The notes beneath the pieces are model-generated. The model was not told the DNA's origin. It made no database searches and worked only from the letters and a program-made list of their open reading frames with translations. Shown one piece after another: positions 34,414 through 46,119 of a stretch of DNA of 64,000 nt. Every line of letters begins with the position of its first letter. The first letter of the stretch is position 1. Origin of the DNA: Selaginella moellendorffii (Eukaryota > Plantae > Lycopodiophyta). The translations under genes were made by a program, and so were the position numbers. The stretch covers positions 624,499 through 688,498 of the forward strand of contig NW_003314323.1 of assembly GCF_000143415.4 (NCBI RefSeq). The letters are read 5' to 3'.

Positions 34414-35618
34414 ATGGCGCTGGTGATCGGCGCGGCTGCATGGTGTGCTAAGACGCTGCTCGTCCTCTTCCCGCTCGAAATCCCCATTCTTGGCGGCAAC
34501 GCGGACGTGAGCGGCGGCAATATGAGCATCTGTGTCCCGGAGAATAGGCGCGAATGGATCCGCCAAGGAGAATCGCTCGTCAGATCCTCGATCGGGCGGG
34601 CGCTCTGCCAGGTACAATCCATATTTCGAATCACTGGATGGATATTTCGTGATCGCTGATCGATTTCCATCTCTCCAGGTCTTGGATCTCGTGATCGACA
34701 TCCCCGTGACCTCGCGCAAGTATGAATTCGCTCGCTCCCTGGCGGACAGGATCCTCGCGGACAACTCCCGCTATGGCGGCCCGGCGCTCAAGGAGATCAA
34801 CATCCGTGCGCTGGAAGGGGGATTCTCCCGGACTGTCTTCCTGCTCACCAAGTGCCTGGCACGCTTGCATCGCCAACAGCAGGTCGAGGCGTGGGCGTGG
34901 CCGTGGAGAATGCTCAAAGATCTCCCATTCTCGCTCATCTTCCACTGCCTTCCACCGCTGCTCACGTCCCTCAAGGACGGATTTGGCACCGCGCTACACA
35001 ACCCACTCATGCAGATGATCGTTCCCGCGGGACTGTCGAGCGCCTGCGATGGCGGCAGCAGCAGCAGCAGCAGCGAGATCGTGGCGGAGAAGCTGGCCAA
35101 CGAGCTGCTGTGGATGGCGCAGCGCCTCAAGCAAAACTCGGCGCTGGAGGTTGCCATACTCCACTGGAGCTCCGCCACCCAACTAGCCCAGTGGTCTCTC
35201 ACTTCCAGCTCTAGAGTCCAAAAGCTCCTCGTCAAGCTCTCAGGTAGCAACCATGATTTCTTTCTTTCTTCCTCCGGCCAACTCTGTTCTTTGTTTCTCT
35301 CTTAAAGCGTTTCTTTGCGCTGGGCTCGTTTCACTGGATGTGGAGCTCCAGCCCGAGGTAACTTTGCGATTGTTGCTTCTCTGGCTGCCGCTGCTGTGTA
35401 GAACGAGCCATGCAATCGACGAGACGACGCTGAGCTCCTCGGACAAGATCGACACGGAGCAAATCCTGTCCAAAGTCATCCAGCGCCTGCCCGATTCTTA
35501 CCAGGAGCTTGTTCTCGCGATGTGGCTCACCGAGTACGTTGGTTCCTCGTCCGACTGGCCAAACATCCAAGGCTGCTACCACGGCTGGTGCCAGTCGACC
35601 CGCAAGCTCTACTATTGA
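34414..35618 (+). CDS. Conserved plant protein of unknown function (AT5G64230/AT3G19920-like)
   Basis: Three exons (introns 34612-34678 and 35244-35307); AEKLANELLWMAQRL, LLLLWLPLLC, DWPNIQGCYHGWCQSTRKL. Confidence 0.8.
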
Positions 35619-35719
35619 TGGGAATAAGTATTCTTTGATATTGTTCGCGAGAAGAGGTACGTAGGACTTCCTGTAAGTATTTGAAGCGGTTTAATGTCCA
35701 TTGGTGTGTTTTTGCGTTC

Positions 35720-37297
35720 TTATAACTCGGTGACGGTCTTGCCATGGACGAATTTCAGTGCCATGACGACGGTTTTGAGCAGTGCCACTGCCGCAGTGGA
35801 GAGATTTTCTAAGAATTCTTCAGTTGTGGGCCGCACGCCGTCGACGATGTCAGTGACTGACTTGAGAAGAATCGCTGGAACTGACAGGAGATTTGTCACG
35901 TACACGACTGCTGCTCCCTGCGAAGAACGAAACGAGTTAAAAACAAAGGCAAGCTTTTGATTTTGCGTTTTGCCTCCATGTCTTTGATGGAGGCGTCGTT
36001 CGATTTGATTAGCTGCTCGTCTTGCTGGGTCATGTCTAAAGAGTTTCCAGTCGAGAGGTTGCCTTCCTGATAAAAGAGAGAGAGCTTATAAGAAACTAAA
36101 GCATGCTTGTAGAGACAACCTTGAAACCAAGAGCAGCGATCATGTTTGGGACTGGGGTACACTTTGTGGTGGCAATGCCATACGTATCGAAGATCTGGAA
36201 GAACAAGGAAGAAAAGAACAGAGGATCAAATCAAAAGTTATAGGAGGGACGCACCGGGATGGGGATTCTTCGATCGTGATAGGCTACTTGAGTCGCGAGA
36301 AAAACGTCTCCAACGCAAGCTCCTTTTGCCTGGAGATTTGTAAAAGGAATTCGATCGATCCACCACCGATGCAAGCTTATCATTCGTCACCTTGAATCCT
36401 CCGGCAGTCCCAGCATTGATCACCAGGTCGGGTTGTAGAGCCTGGATCGCCGCGAATGTCGCAAGAGCTAATGGTACAGTTCCTACGTTGTCTACTCCTG
36501 CCAAGAACAAAAAATTTGTTTTAAGAAAATCACGAAGCATGGAAACTAGACAACAATTTCTTCAAGCATGAGAAGAACCAAACTATCAAGTTACCAAAGA
36601 AAATCACGATGAAAATTTCTTCAAGCATGAGAAGAACCAAACTACAAAGAAAATCACGATGAAAATTTCTTCAAGTATGAGAAGAACCAAAACTATCAAG
36701 TTATCAAAAAAATCACGATGGAAACTAAACAAAAATTTCTTCAAGCATGAGAACCAAACTATCAAATACAACCACGAGAAATAAATCTAAACAATCATAG
36801 ATAGACTTGCTAAGAACACAAAGACAATTTGTCACAAAATGTCTTCCAAGAGAAAGAACCAAACTGTCATAGATTTGCTAACACGAAGAATCTATTGCTA
36901 AAACACAAAGAGCAACAAGAACACCAAGCAAGAGAAACAAAGAAAGACTCGCGTACCAAAAATGGGGCATTTCCCAGGCACTACCACATCAATGTCGAAT
37001 AGTCCCTCCAGGCTCCCAGTGTATCGGATCCACGGCACGCCCTTTGGAAAACTGATCCAAGCAAGAGCACAGAAGTGATCCAAATCCGAGCTAAGGCGAG
37101 CAGTGCGAGGGATTTTGGGGGCTTACATTGCCGAATCGGCCTGCGTGAGCTTGAGCACATCCACGATCGGCATCGCCTCGGCGTGCATTGCTTAAGGGAA
37201 TCGCTGTGATCAGGATGATCCATCGACATAGCAAGGACTTACCGATCACAAGGAGGACTCTCTGGATTGGCTTCGCCGGATTGATCGAGTTCTCCAT
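35720..37297 (-). CDS. MTN: 5'-methylthioadenosine/S-adenosylhomocysteine nucleosidase
   Basis: IAMHAEA, GVDNVGTV..PDLVINAGTAGGFK, LSTGNSLDM, KDME, KSVTDIVDG motifs across short exons. Confidence 0.93.
36529..36770. repeat. Intronic minisatellite, four copies of a 50-65 bp unit
   Basis: aatttcttcaagcatgagaagaaccaaactatcaag..aaatcacgatg repeated inside an MTN intron. Confidence 0.85.
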
Positions 37298-37337
37298 TTA
37301 AAAAAACCCTAAGTGATATTTTGGGGTTTTACACGAA
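37298..37337. promoter_or_regulatory. 40-bp divergent spacer with an inverted telo-box pair
   Basis: AAAACCCTAA (37303-37312) and TTGGGGTTTT (37321-37330) lie between two oppositely facing ATGs. Confidence 0.55.
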
Positions 37338-39388
37338 ATGGAGGATGGCGATGGCGATGGCGCCAAGTCTCTCGGCGCTCTCGTCGTGGCGCCGGACGCG
37401 CCATCGCCAGATTTTCTCCTCTTCGACAGCAGTGGAGAAATCCGGCTCCAGGGCGAGCGCAAGCGGCGTAGGAGGCGGCTAGGTTTCGTGAAATCCATCG
37501 CCAGGTTCGTGTCCAGGCAGCTCAGCAACGCGAATCGCTATGTCGATCCGGTCTTGCTTGTTCCGAGCGATCGAGGAGGCTGCCGGCTCCATTACAGCGA
37601 GATTTTCCACCGGAAATGCCTCTCTTGCAATGCTGGCCCAGGTTTGGAGTTTAATGGAGCGGCGATCTCAGTTCTTAGCCGGTGTAGCGCGGCTACGTCT
37701 TGGAATTCCGGGAATGTGAGACTTAAAAGCCAGGAGCTGGAAAAAGTGAGCAAGCTTGGAGATATTGATCGCAGCAGCAGTGATGGTGTCAGTGTTTCTA
37801 CGACGATGGTTAATTCTAGCTTGCTGGACGAACTGGTCGACGACGATCAAAGTAGATTTTCCCAGCTTCAAGAGATGTCAGTTTCTTCTTCCCAGGTCCA
37901 AAGCATGCCATCTTCGACGCAAGATTTGGGCGTCAAGCTCGCCGAGAACTTAAGCTTGAAGGCTGTGCCGAACGAACCAAAGTCTACAAACTTGAAGCTT
38001 GGTGAAGAGCTGGTGGCAGAAGAGAAGCGGAAGAGTGCAAGTTGCGGCAAAAATCACGCGGTTGCTGGTGCTCTTGCTGGAGTTTTTGTGAGCTTGTGCT
38101 TGCATCCTCTCGACACCGTCAAGACCGTGATCCAGTCCAAGAACACCGGGAAGCAAGCGATCTTGCCGATTGTTGCGTCCATTGTATCTACGAGGGGTAC
38201 GTACTTTTGCAATGCTCTTGTTTTTCTTGGAGGTTAGTGATAATTCTGTTGTTTAGTTTTGCAGGTGTCTCTGGTTTGTACAGAGGTTTAGGAAGCAATC
38301 TCGCGTCGTCGGCCCCTATATCGGCAATCTACACGTTTACGTATGAAACCATGAAAGCGGCGTTGCTACCACGCCTTCCAGAGGTAACGCACACAATCAC
38401 TGGAAACCGTAACCATTTATAACTTCGATTGTTTTTCCTATGTAGGAATACCACTCGCTCGCTCATTGCGCTGCCGGGGGCTGTGCCAGCATCGCTACGT
38501 CTCTTGTTTACACACCAAGTGAGCGTGTGAAGCAGCAAATGCAAATTGGAGCAGTGTATCGAAATAGCTGGTGGGCTTTCAGTATTCTCTGCTGCTCACG
38601 TATTAGAAACCATGGATGGCAGGCTGGCTTTTGTTGGCATTCTACAAAGAGGAGGCCTTCCGGCGCTGTATGCAGGATGGGAAGCCGTCCTCTGCCGCAA
38701 TGTTCCACAATCGGTTATCAAAGTGAGCTGCATTGCCTTGGGCTTTTGAGTTTTCCTCAACGCTTTGAAACAGTTCTTCACGTACGAAGCTTTGAAGCAC
38801 CGTGTTCTTCGTGATTCTCCTCCGGACACGCATCTCACCAATTTGCAGACGGTAAGGACAAGATGTTCACATCACTTCGAGCGTGATAACAGATTGTCTG
38901 GGTATGGAAAAATCTGTAGCTCGCGTGTGGAGGACTTGCAGGATCGACGGCAGCCTTATTTACCACACCTTTTGACGTGGTGAAGACAAGATTGCAGACA
39001 CAGGTATCTTTGACTGCACAGTTTCTTTCCTTCACGTTAACTTGGGCGATTTCTTTCTTCCAGACAATCGGATCGCAACATCAATACAGCAGCGTCTTAA
39101 ATGCCTTGCAGATGATAACCAGAGACGAAGGCATTCGAAGTTTATACAGGTAAAGAGCTCGATCAAAAACTAGTAGCGACTTTGCGCGATTGATCCTTCT
39201 TTGCTTCCAGGGGTCTCATCCCGAGACTGGCGATCTACGTCTCGCAGGGAGCGCTGTTCTTCGCGTCCTACGAGTTTTTCAAGAGGGCTCTGGCAATGGA
39301 AGCGCGAAGCTATCAAACTCCAAAAAGCGTTTCTTCCGACGGCTCGGAGGCTAGCCGCCGGAGACGAGCTCTTTTGAGCGCCGCGTGA
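37338..39388 (+). CDS. Mitochondrial carrier family protein with long N-terminal extension (AT4G11440-like, SAM-carrier-related)
   Basis: Three carrier signatures HPLDTVKT, TPSERVKQQMQ, TPFDVVKTRLQ; GLYRGLGSNLASSAPISAIYTFTYE. Confidence 0.9.
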
Positions 39389-39589
39389 TTAATTAGTTAG
39401 TTTAACGCTAACGGAAATGATTTATAGTTAACCAGCCTGCCACGTCGTTCCCGCTGGTCCTGGAAATTTGAATCCTCGTTTTTTGTATACGTTGAGCTCA
39501 AAGAAGGGGGAAGAGAAGAGGAAAGAGAAGAGGAAAGAGAAGAGGGAAGATTTTTAGGGCGTGTCGCGGCGGTGAGCTCCAGAGGCCCG

Positions 39590-40670
39590 ATGGCGGAGGA
39601 GGGAGGAGCGATCGTGACAAAGGCGGCGGCGGCGGCTCTTGCTCCTCCTCCTCCTCCGTGCGCTGAGGGCAAGGAGAATGTGGCTCCGGACGGCGAGCAA
39701 GGGATCATTGGAAGCCCTCTTCCCGATGGATTTCCTCGCAGGCCGCTCCAGGATATCACTCAGGTGCTCGAATCGGACAATGTAAGCGTAAGGCTAGAGT
39801 GTAGATCTTTAGGTAGGAAGACACTGTTTCGTCGACTGTTTTTGAGTGGATGTAGAGTATTTTCGATGGAACAGTGTGTTTGCCTGTGTAGATGGTCTCT
39901 TTCTTTTTTCTTCTTGGTTTCTTCTTTGTAGGTGGCCTCTTTCGTTTTCTTCTTTCTTTTGGTTTTAAAAGTGGGCTGCCTTGACTCTACAGAGAACCGA
40001 GAGCATAACGATCACTTGCACTGGACAGTCCAAAACAACTCGGGCCAAGAAATGCATTGCAACAAAAACTACGACGACATGCAAGGTAGTGTTGGCTTTT
40101 GCTGTGCAAATCACTGCTGATCGATGTGCTCTCGTCACAGGGCAAAGAAAACAGACGTGGCAAGTCGCGAACGGGCCTCGAGCAAGGTATGATCACGATA
40201 GACAGACATGTCTCATTCCACAGCACAGTGCTAAATCGATTTCCCTCTTGCTTTTTTAATCCTTCCAGTGGTACTTGTCACGAGCTCCAAGATGCAGCAG
40301 GCCCAAGGCGATTCTCTAACAGTGGTGAGATCTCCACAATGCCTTTGAAGCTTAGCGCTTGGCAATATCTAACTAGTGTTGGATTTCGAAACAGGAAACC
40401 TTGGACGACATAAAACAAGCTTACACGCCGTCGCAATCCACAGTTCACTCAGCGCAAACTACAAGTCGCTCCAGACACAGCGATGGCGAAAAACAAGAGG
40501 ATGCCGCAGCAGAGGGTACGCTCCAACCTGGTGCCGCGGCTCTAGGCGACGAAGGGGAAGATTCCGGTGTGGTTTTGCGGAAAAAGAAGAGGAAATCTCA
40601 GGCACAAGCACAGGCAACGGCAGCCGCGAAGCCAAAACACAACAAGAGCAGCATTCTCAAGTTCAGGTGA
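39590..40670 (+). CDS. UVI4/OSD1(GIG1)-like putative APC/C regulator, five exons
   Basis: GKENVAP, SPLPDGFPRRPLQDITQVL, a second GKEN in exon 3, C-terminal SILKFR*; exon phases consistent. Confidence 0.65.
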
Positions 40671-41686
40671 CCAACTTGGTCCCCTTGTCTCAACTTCATC
40701 TGATAAAAAAAAAGTGGCTAAAGTGCTTAGGACTAAATCTTAGTTGAGCTTGAAACTATTAATTGTACATCTCTTGAATTAGCATATTTGATTTAGATTT
40801 CTAGAGGTCTTGCATACAATATCCACCAACGCTATGGAACATTAGTAGAAAAAATAACTCTTATAGAAATGCGATTGTAATGCCCACTAACAGAAAAACT
40901 ATTATGCTAATAAGATGAGTATGTAATCCACTATATTAATATTGTGCAGAAGAACACTCTCATGGCTCTAGGATTCCCAAGGAGACACCTTCCGGCTTCT
41001 ATGATTGTGGGTGGGGCTCTCTCTCTCTCTTCGTCACCTTTTGGAATGGGTGGGGTCCTGGCCAAACATTCCATCTACAAAAGAAAAAGTAGCATATATT
41101 GTTAAATTAAAAGAGAAAATGTTCTTTGTCAAGCACAATACTGATGGAATGAATCAAATAATATTTCTGTGCTCATGCTTTGCATTTGTGTTATCTAATG
41201 AAGTGAAATATGTTTTTTTGACAATTTATTTTATATTTTTACAGGGCTGCATGTACCGCAAGCACAATAGAAGTGTTGCTAAATTGTCAAAACAATTTTT
41301 AAACTCACGATCTATATTAGAAATATACACAACAATCTTTTTCTAATGTAAAAAACAATTAAAAGGATGCCGTGTCTCTTTTGCAGCTTTTTCTTCCTCT
41401 CCTTATCTATGTGATCTTTTAAGCCACTAGCCAACAATTGATAGATCTACTGGTGCGTCGCATTTTTCCACCACTTTTTCTTTGTTACAGATCATAAGAG
41501 CCTTGATCTTCTTGATAGCAATTGAAGGCATCCACAAACTGATCTCTTCAGGATTATACATCGATACAAGTGATATGGACTTGTTCCAGTAGAAATCTAC
41601 GTAGCCAGATCAAAAAAGAGAGAAACAAACAAGTAGAAATTGACAAGAAAAGGCGATAAAAAGGTAAAAAAGGCAAACAACTCTTT

Positions 41687-42100
41687 CTACCTTGTGTGAC
41701 CAGTCCACAGGTACCTTCCCTTCTTCCAGCACACGACGATCCTCTTGTGGCACAGAAGCTGATCGATGGGAACGTAAACCGGGGAAGTTTCCAAGTTGAT
41801 CATGTTCAAGTAGTGGTGATACCGGTGGTGGTCGTGGTGGCGATCGGGGATCTCCTCCTCCTCCTCCTCGCCATAGACCATGACGAGCGCGGCGTTGTGG
41901 CGGCTCGCATCGTCCAGCTCCAGCCGGATCACTGCCGTCGACCACGGCTCGATTTGGTACCGCATCTCTTGCCTCCAAATGCCCCTTCCTTCCTTGAGCA
42001 GCAGCGTTCGATCGGTTTGATTCTCGATCATGGTTAGAACGTAGCCGGAATTGGGACTGGAGGAGCTCCCGCTGCCACTGTTGCTACTGCTGCTTGCCAT
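41687..42100 (-). CDS. Small intronless protein resembling a non-seed-plant uncharacterised family (T-I-EN-T-R-L-LKEG..W-G-R)
   Basis: 137-aa GC-rich ORF within AT-rich surroundings; poly-Glu and His-rich insert. Confidence 0.6.
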   Translation of the reverse strand: MASSSSNSGSGSSSSPNSGYVLTMIENQTDRTLLLKEGRGIWRQEMRYQIEPWSTAVIRLELDDASRHNAALVMVYGEEEEEEIPDRHHDHHRYHHYLNMINLETSPVYVPIDQLLCHKRIVVCWKKGRYLWTGHTR

Positions 42101-44269
42101 TTCTCTATGCTCTCCGTGAATTGATATCTATGTATCGCGAGCACGCTAGGTACTATAAGGTAGAGTGTAGTATCTTAAGAACTTATCTACAACTCATGGA
42201 AATTCACACACATACACTGAGGAGATTCCTGAATTCTTGGATCATCAAGCTCAAGCTGTGAGTTGCTAGTGAGAAATGTGTGCGTTTTCCAGAATAACTC
42301 TGGATCTTCAATGTATGTTCCTCTTTAAATTGTTTCAAGCAAAGCAGAGAGGAAGAGAACCAACAAAAGGGACAAAAATAAGAGGAAAATGGAGAAGCAA
42401 GGGAATGTTGTCACAATGAGGTAATGCCCTTGTGTACATATTGTGTGTATTTATATGTGATAATAGTTACCACCACGTAAATCGCTTTTTTACCATGCAG
42501 GCGGCAGCCGCATGGTAGAAACAAAAAATAAAACCAGACCTTGTATTTCTAGTGGACAGAGTGAAAACACATCCCCCGGGGTAAAAAATCTCTCTCAATT
42601 CCAACAGTTTATATTATTCAAGCCAAGCTATTAATTATTATTAATTATTTTAGATTAGTTTTGATCTGTTGTGCTCTTTCTCTCCACATATGATGGAAGG
42701 GAGAGTCTTTATCTTGGCCAGCATGGCATCTAGCTGTTTGTCCCAACCAGTGCCAATTTATGCCAGGCTTGTGGGGAGAAAAATGGGAGAACCAAGTTGG
42801 TTCTCCCTTGATGCAGGGAGTCCTTGTAAGCTCAAACCAAATATCTTGACATCTTCTCACAAACAAAGGACACACCATCACAGAAAAGCTAAAGGACCAA
42901 ATGCATGAATTTCTACAAAGTCCAAACTGTGGGTGTTTGGGTGGTACAAGCGAGCGCCCAGCGTGTATATTATTGTTTCTAGCCGGAATGGCGTGCAACA
43001 TAAGAGACGAAGGCAACCAATTCAAAGAGTTTGGTGGCCAGGACACAAAAGACTCGCCCCCGTACTTTTTTTCGACGTATATAAATACGTGAGGCTCCCA
43101 GTTGATGAGATAGACCCCCTGGATGCTGCCAATCATGATGCACGACGTAAGATTCCCCGTAGTTATCAAATATCAATGGGATTAGCGCCAAAGTATATAA
43201 ACTTTTTTACGAGTAAGCACGGCACACTCTAATCTCTCATAAATCTCTTTGGAGTTGTTATTCTATTTTATCTGATTAGTTCTGCTATTTTTCTTCCCAG
43301 CATTCATTGACTTGTTGCTCCCGGAAGCCAGTGGAGTGAATGAAAACAGTGTGATTCATCGAGCAAAGTTTACACGCAAACAGGACAGTTTGTTGACCTT
43401 GAAATTTCAAGGAGGGAAGGGACAAGTTGAATTCATAAATAGATAAGTGATTTTGGATAAACAGAGAAAAAAGGAGGAGAGAAAAGAAAGCACCACTACA
43501 AAAAATAATGGGTCCACAGCGGCATATGTTCTGGGTTTTAAAGTTTTACCTTTGAATTTTCAAGTCAAGAGATGGCAGAGCTCAGAGGTTCTTTTTGTTT
43601 TGCTTTCGTTGAGCTAAAAAGAATCGTTTGCTGCTGCTGCTGCTGGCGCTTCTCATTCACTCGTTTGGCATTATTAAACTGAATACGAATCTAAGCCCAG
43701 CCAGCAGAGAGTTTATAATTCATCTTCATCACAGGGTGTTAGATCCAATTTCAAGGAGATTTTACCATTGTAATCTTGTGGAAATATCAAATTCCTTTTC
43801 CACTTTCATAGTGAGTCGCTAGAGAGAGGCGATGGTACGAACTCTACATTTGCAGGACGCAGGATTTGAGGTGGTGGAAGCTTACTTGATGGATCGAAGC
43901 TGTTGAAGCATTCCTCACGGCACCTGAGAGAAAAAAGAGAGAAACACGTTTAGTTTCATCATGCGCATACATACATACATTCACGTCTTTGTAGCCGCCC
44001 CGAGACTAGCGTTACGTCACATGGAGGTTGCTTTGTCTGGCTGCGACTGGCAAAGATTCAAGCGTTACCTCCGTATTCGCGATCCCCAAGAAGAACTTGC
44101 TCATAGTCTTCCCTCGAGGAACGATCCATCGATCCATCGACTTGCTCGACGGAGAGCGAGAGCGCAGCGCACAGAACAGCAAGAACCTGAGGTGAGGCAA
44201 CGGTAGTAGTAATTGCTCTCTACGAAAAGGAGCAAAAAGCGTAAAAGAGTCGCGTACCTTCGTACTAGC

Positions 44270-45676
44270 ATGGCGAACAAGCCAGTTCCATTGCTACCAG
44301 CAGCTGTGATGACGACGCTCCTGGCAGTAGTCGGAATAGCTTGGACGCTTCTCAGCAGCCAACGCTTGCCATCCGCTTACAACTATTTCAAGTCCTTGTC
44401 TCCAGCTGTGCCTGCTGCTACCTTTGCAACCTTTCCTGCAGGCCTGTGCAATTGCTCCGTAGACTTTGGCGCCATCGGCACGCTTTCGAAGCCTCACGTC
44501 GAGTGCCAGTGCTCTGGAGCCAACTCCACCGCCCGGGACCCCATCGAGACAAAGGTTGTCCATGTTGAAGTGGAGAAGCCGTGTCCAAAACCACCCACCG
44601 TTGTCAAGTACGAGCCGTGGTGGGCCGAAGGCAAGACTTGGCACTATCCGGCAAAGTTCCCCAGGTGCTCCATGGATGCCTGCTTCAACTTCTCGCGCTG
44701 CTCCAACATGGACAACTTGATGGTGTTCACGTACGAGGACCACAACGCCCCTGTCCGCTACTTCACCAAGCTCAACGAGACCAGGTGGCATACCAAGGAT
44801 CCCGAGAAGGCCTGCATCTTCATGGTCTTTCTGGACACTTCAAGTCCATGGCAGAAGCAGCCCCGGGACCTCCCACACTGGAATAACGGCCTCAACCATG
44901 CGCTCGTGACTTTTGCTGACAAGTGGAGCCAGAGGGCGGTTGCCGAGGAGTCCATTGGCCTGGCGTCGTTGATCGTTTCGGAAGCTCACGAGACCATCTT
45001 CCGACCTGGCTTTGACATCAGCATCCCGCTTCCGCCTTTCTACCACTTCCATGAGTTCCAGAACCTGAAGCCGTTTGAGAGGAAGTACTTCCTCACCTTC
45101 AAAGGACTAAGGTATATCGGCAGAGGAGAGGGCCTCCTTCGCAGCTTTGACAGCTTCCGAAACCTTCACAACGGTGCTGATATCGTCGTTGTAACTTCGT
45201 GCAAACACTTTGTCAACGATCTCAAGCGGAAGGAGAACACTTCCCTGGGAGTCCACTGCGACGAGGATGAGGACCTGTACTCTCAGTACTCTTCCTTCTC
45301 GGATCTCATGAATACGACCTTTGGCCTCGTTCCTGCTGGTGTCCAACCAAACTCCTACAGATTTGGAGAGGTCCTCAGTGCCGGTGCAATACCAATCTTG
45401 ATCGTCGACAACTACGTAAAACCGTTCAGTAATCTGGTCACCTGGTATCAGTGCCTGCTGCAATTCCCTTCCACCGAAATCCACCTCATTGTTGCAGCTC
45501 TGAGAGCCATGTCCACGGCTCACGTTGAGAAACGACAGCAAGCGTGCTCGAAGATATATAGTAGGCACTTCCAGAGCGACTTGACCCTTCTAGAGAGTAC
45601 CGTCGCTGCTTTAGAAGAAAGATTTCTGGGTGCATTTCCAGCTTTCTCGTCCCATTTGTCAGACCTGAACCTGTAA
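44270..45676 (+). CDS. Exostosin-family GT47 glycosyltransferase, type II membrane protein, EXT1-like
   Basis: Intronless; N-terminal TM; CSMDACFNFSRC, TKDPEKACIF, WNNGLNH, FRPGFDISIPL, RKYFLTFKGLRY, TFGLVPAG..SYRFGEVLSAGAIP. Confidence 0.93.
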   Translation: MANKPVPLLPAAVMTTLLAVVGIAWTLLSSQRLPSAYNYFKSLSPAVPAATFATFPAGLCNCSVDFGAIGTLSKPHVECQCSGANSTARDPIETKVVHVEVEKPCPKPPTVVKYEPWWAEGKTWHYPAKFPRCSMDACFNFSRCSNMDNLMVFTYEDHNAPVRYFTKLNETRWHTKDPEKACIFMVFLDTSSPWQKQPRDLPHWNNGLNHALVTFADKWSQRAVAEESIGLASLIVSEAHETIFRPGFDISIPLPPFYHFHEFQNLKPFERKYFLTFKGLRYIGRGEGLLRSFDSFRNLHNGADIVVVTSCKHFVNDLKRKENTSLGVHCDEDEDLYSQYSSFSDLMNTTFGLVPAGVQPNSYRFGEVLSAGAIPILIVDNYVKPFSNLVTWYQCLLQFPSTEIHLIVAALRAMSTAHVEKRQQACSKIYSRHFQSDLTLLESTVAALEERFLGAFPAFSSHLSDLNL

Positions 45677-46119
45677 GTTCAAAGAAAATTTTGAAGCAAA
45701 AGAAAATAATAATCATGCACTGCTTACACATATGAAGACCGGATGCATAGCCTGGAAGAAAATAGCCATAAGTTTCGCAGACAAAAAACTAAAAATTCAA
45801 ATAAAGAAGAAGAAGAAAATCACTGCTCACCGTTTGTCTTCGATCATCATACATACTATAGCTAGACATGGACGAGAACAGAACAAAAGCAGTATACATA
45901 TATTTGCATGATACGACAACAACGCGGTTTGCAGCTTCAAAGTCTGTTTCATAGGCTTCAAAGCTGCTCCCTACATTTTGCATGCTGCTCCACCAAAGAA
46001 TTATGCTACAACAGACCTTGGTGTCGTATTTGCGCACTTACGGTTAACCCCGCTTTGACGAATGAAGTTCCTGCGTCAAAGCTGCAATGAATATAACTGA
46101 AACAAGTGTAGCATCTACC

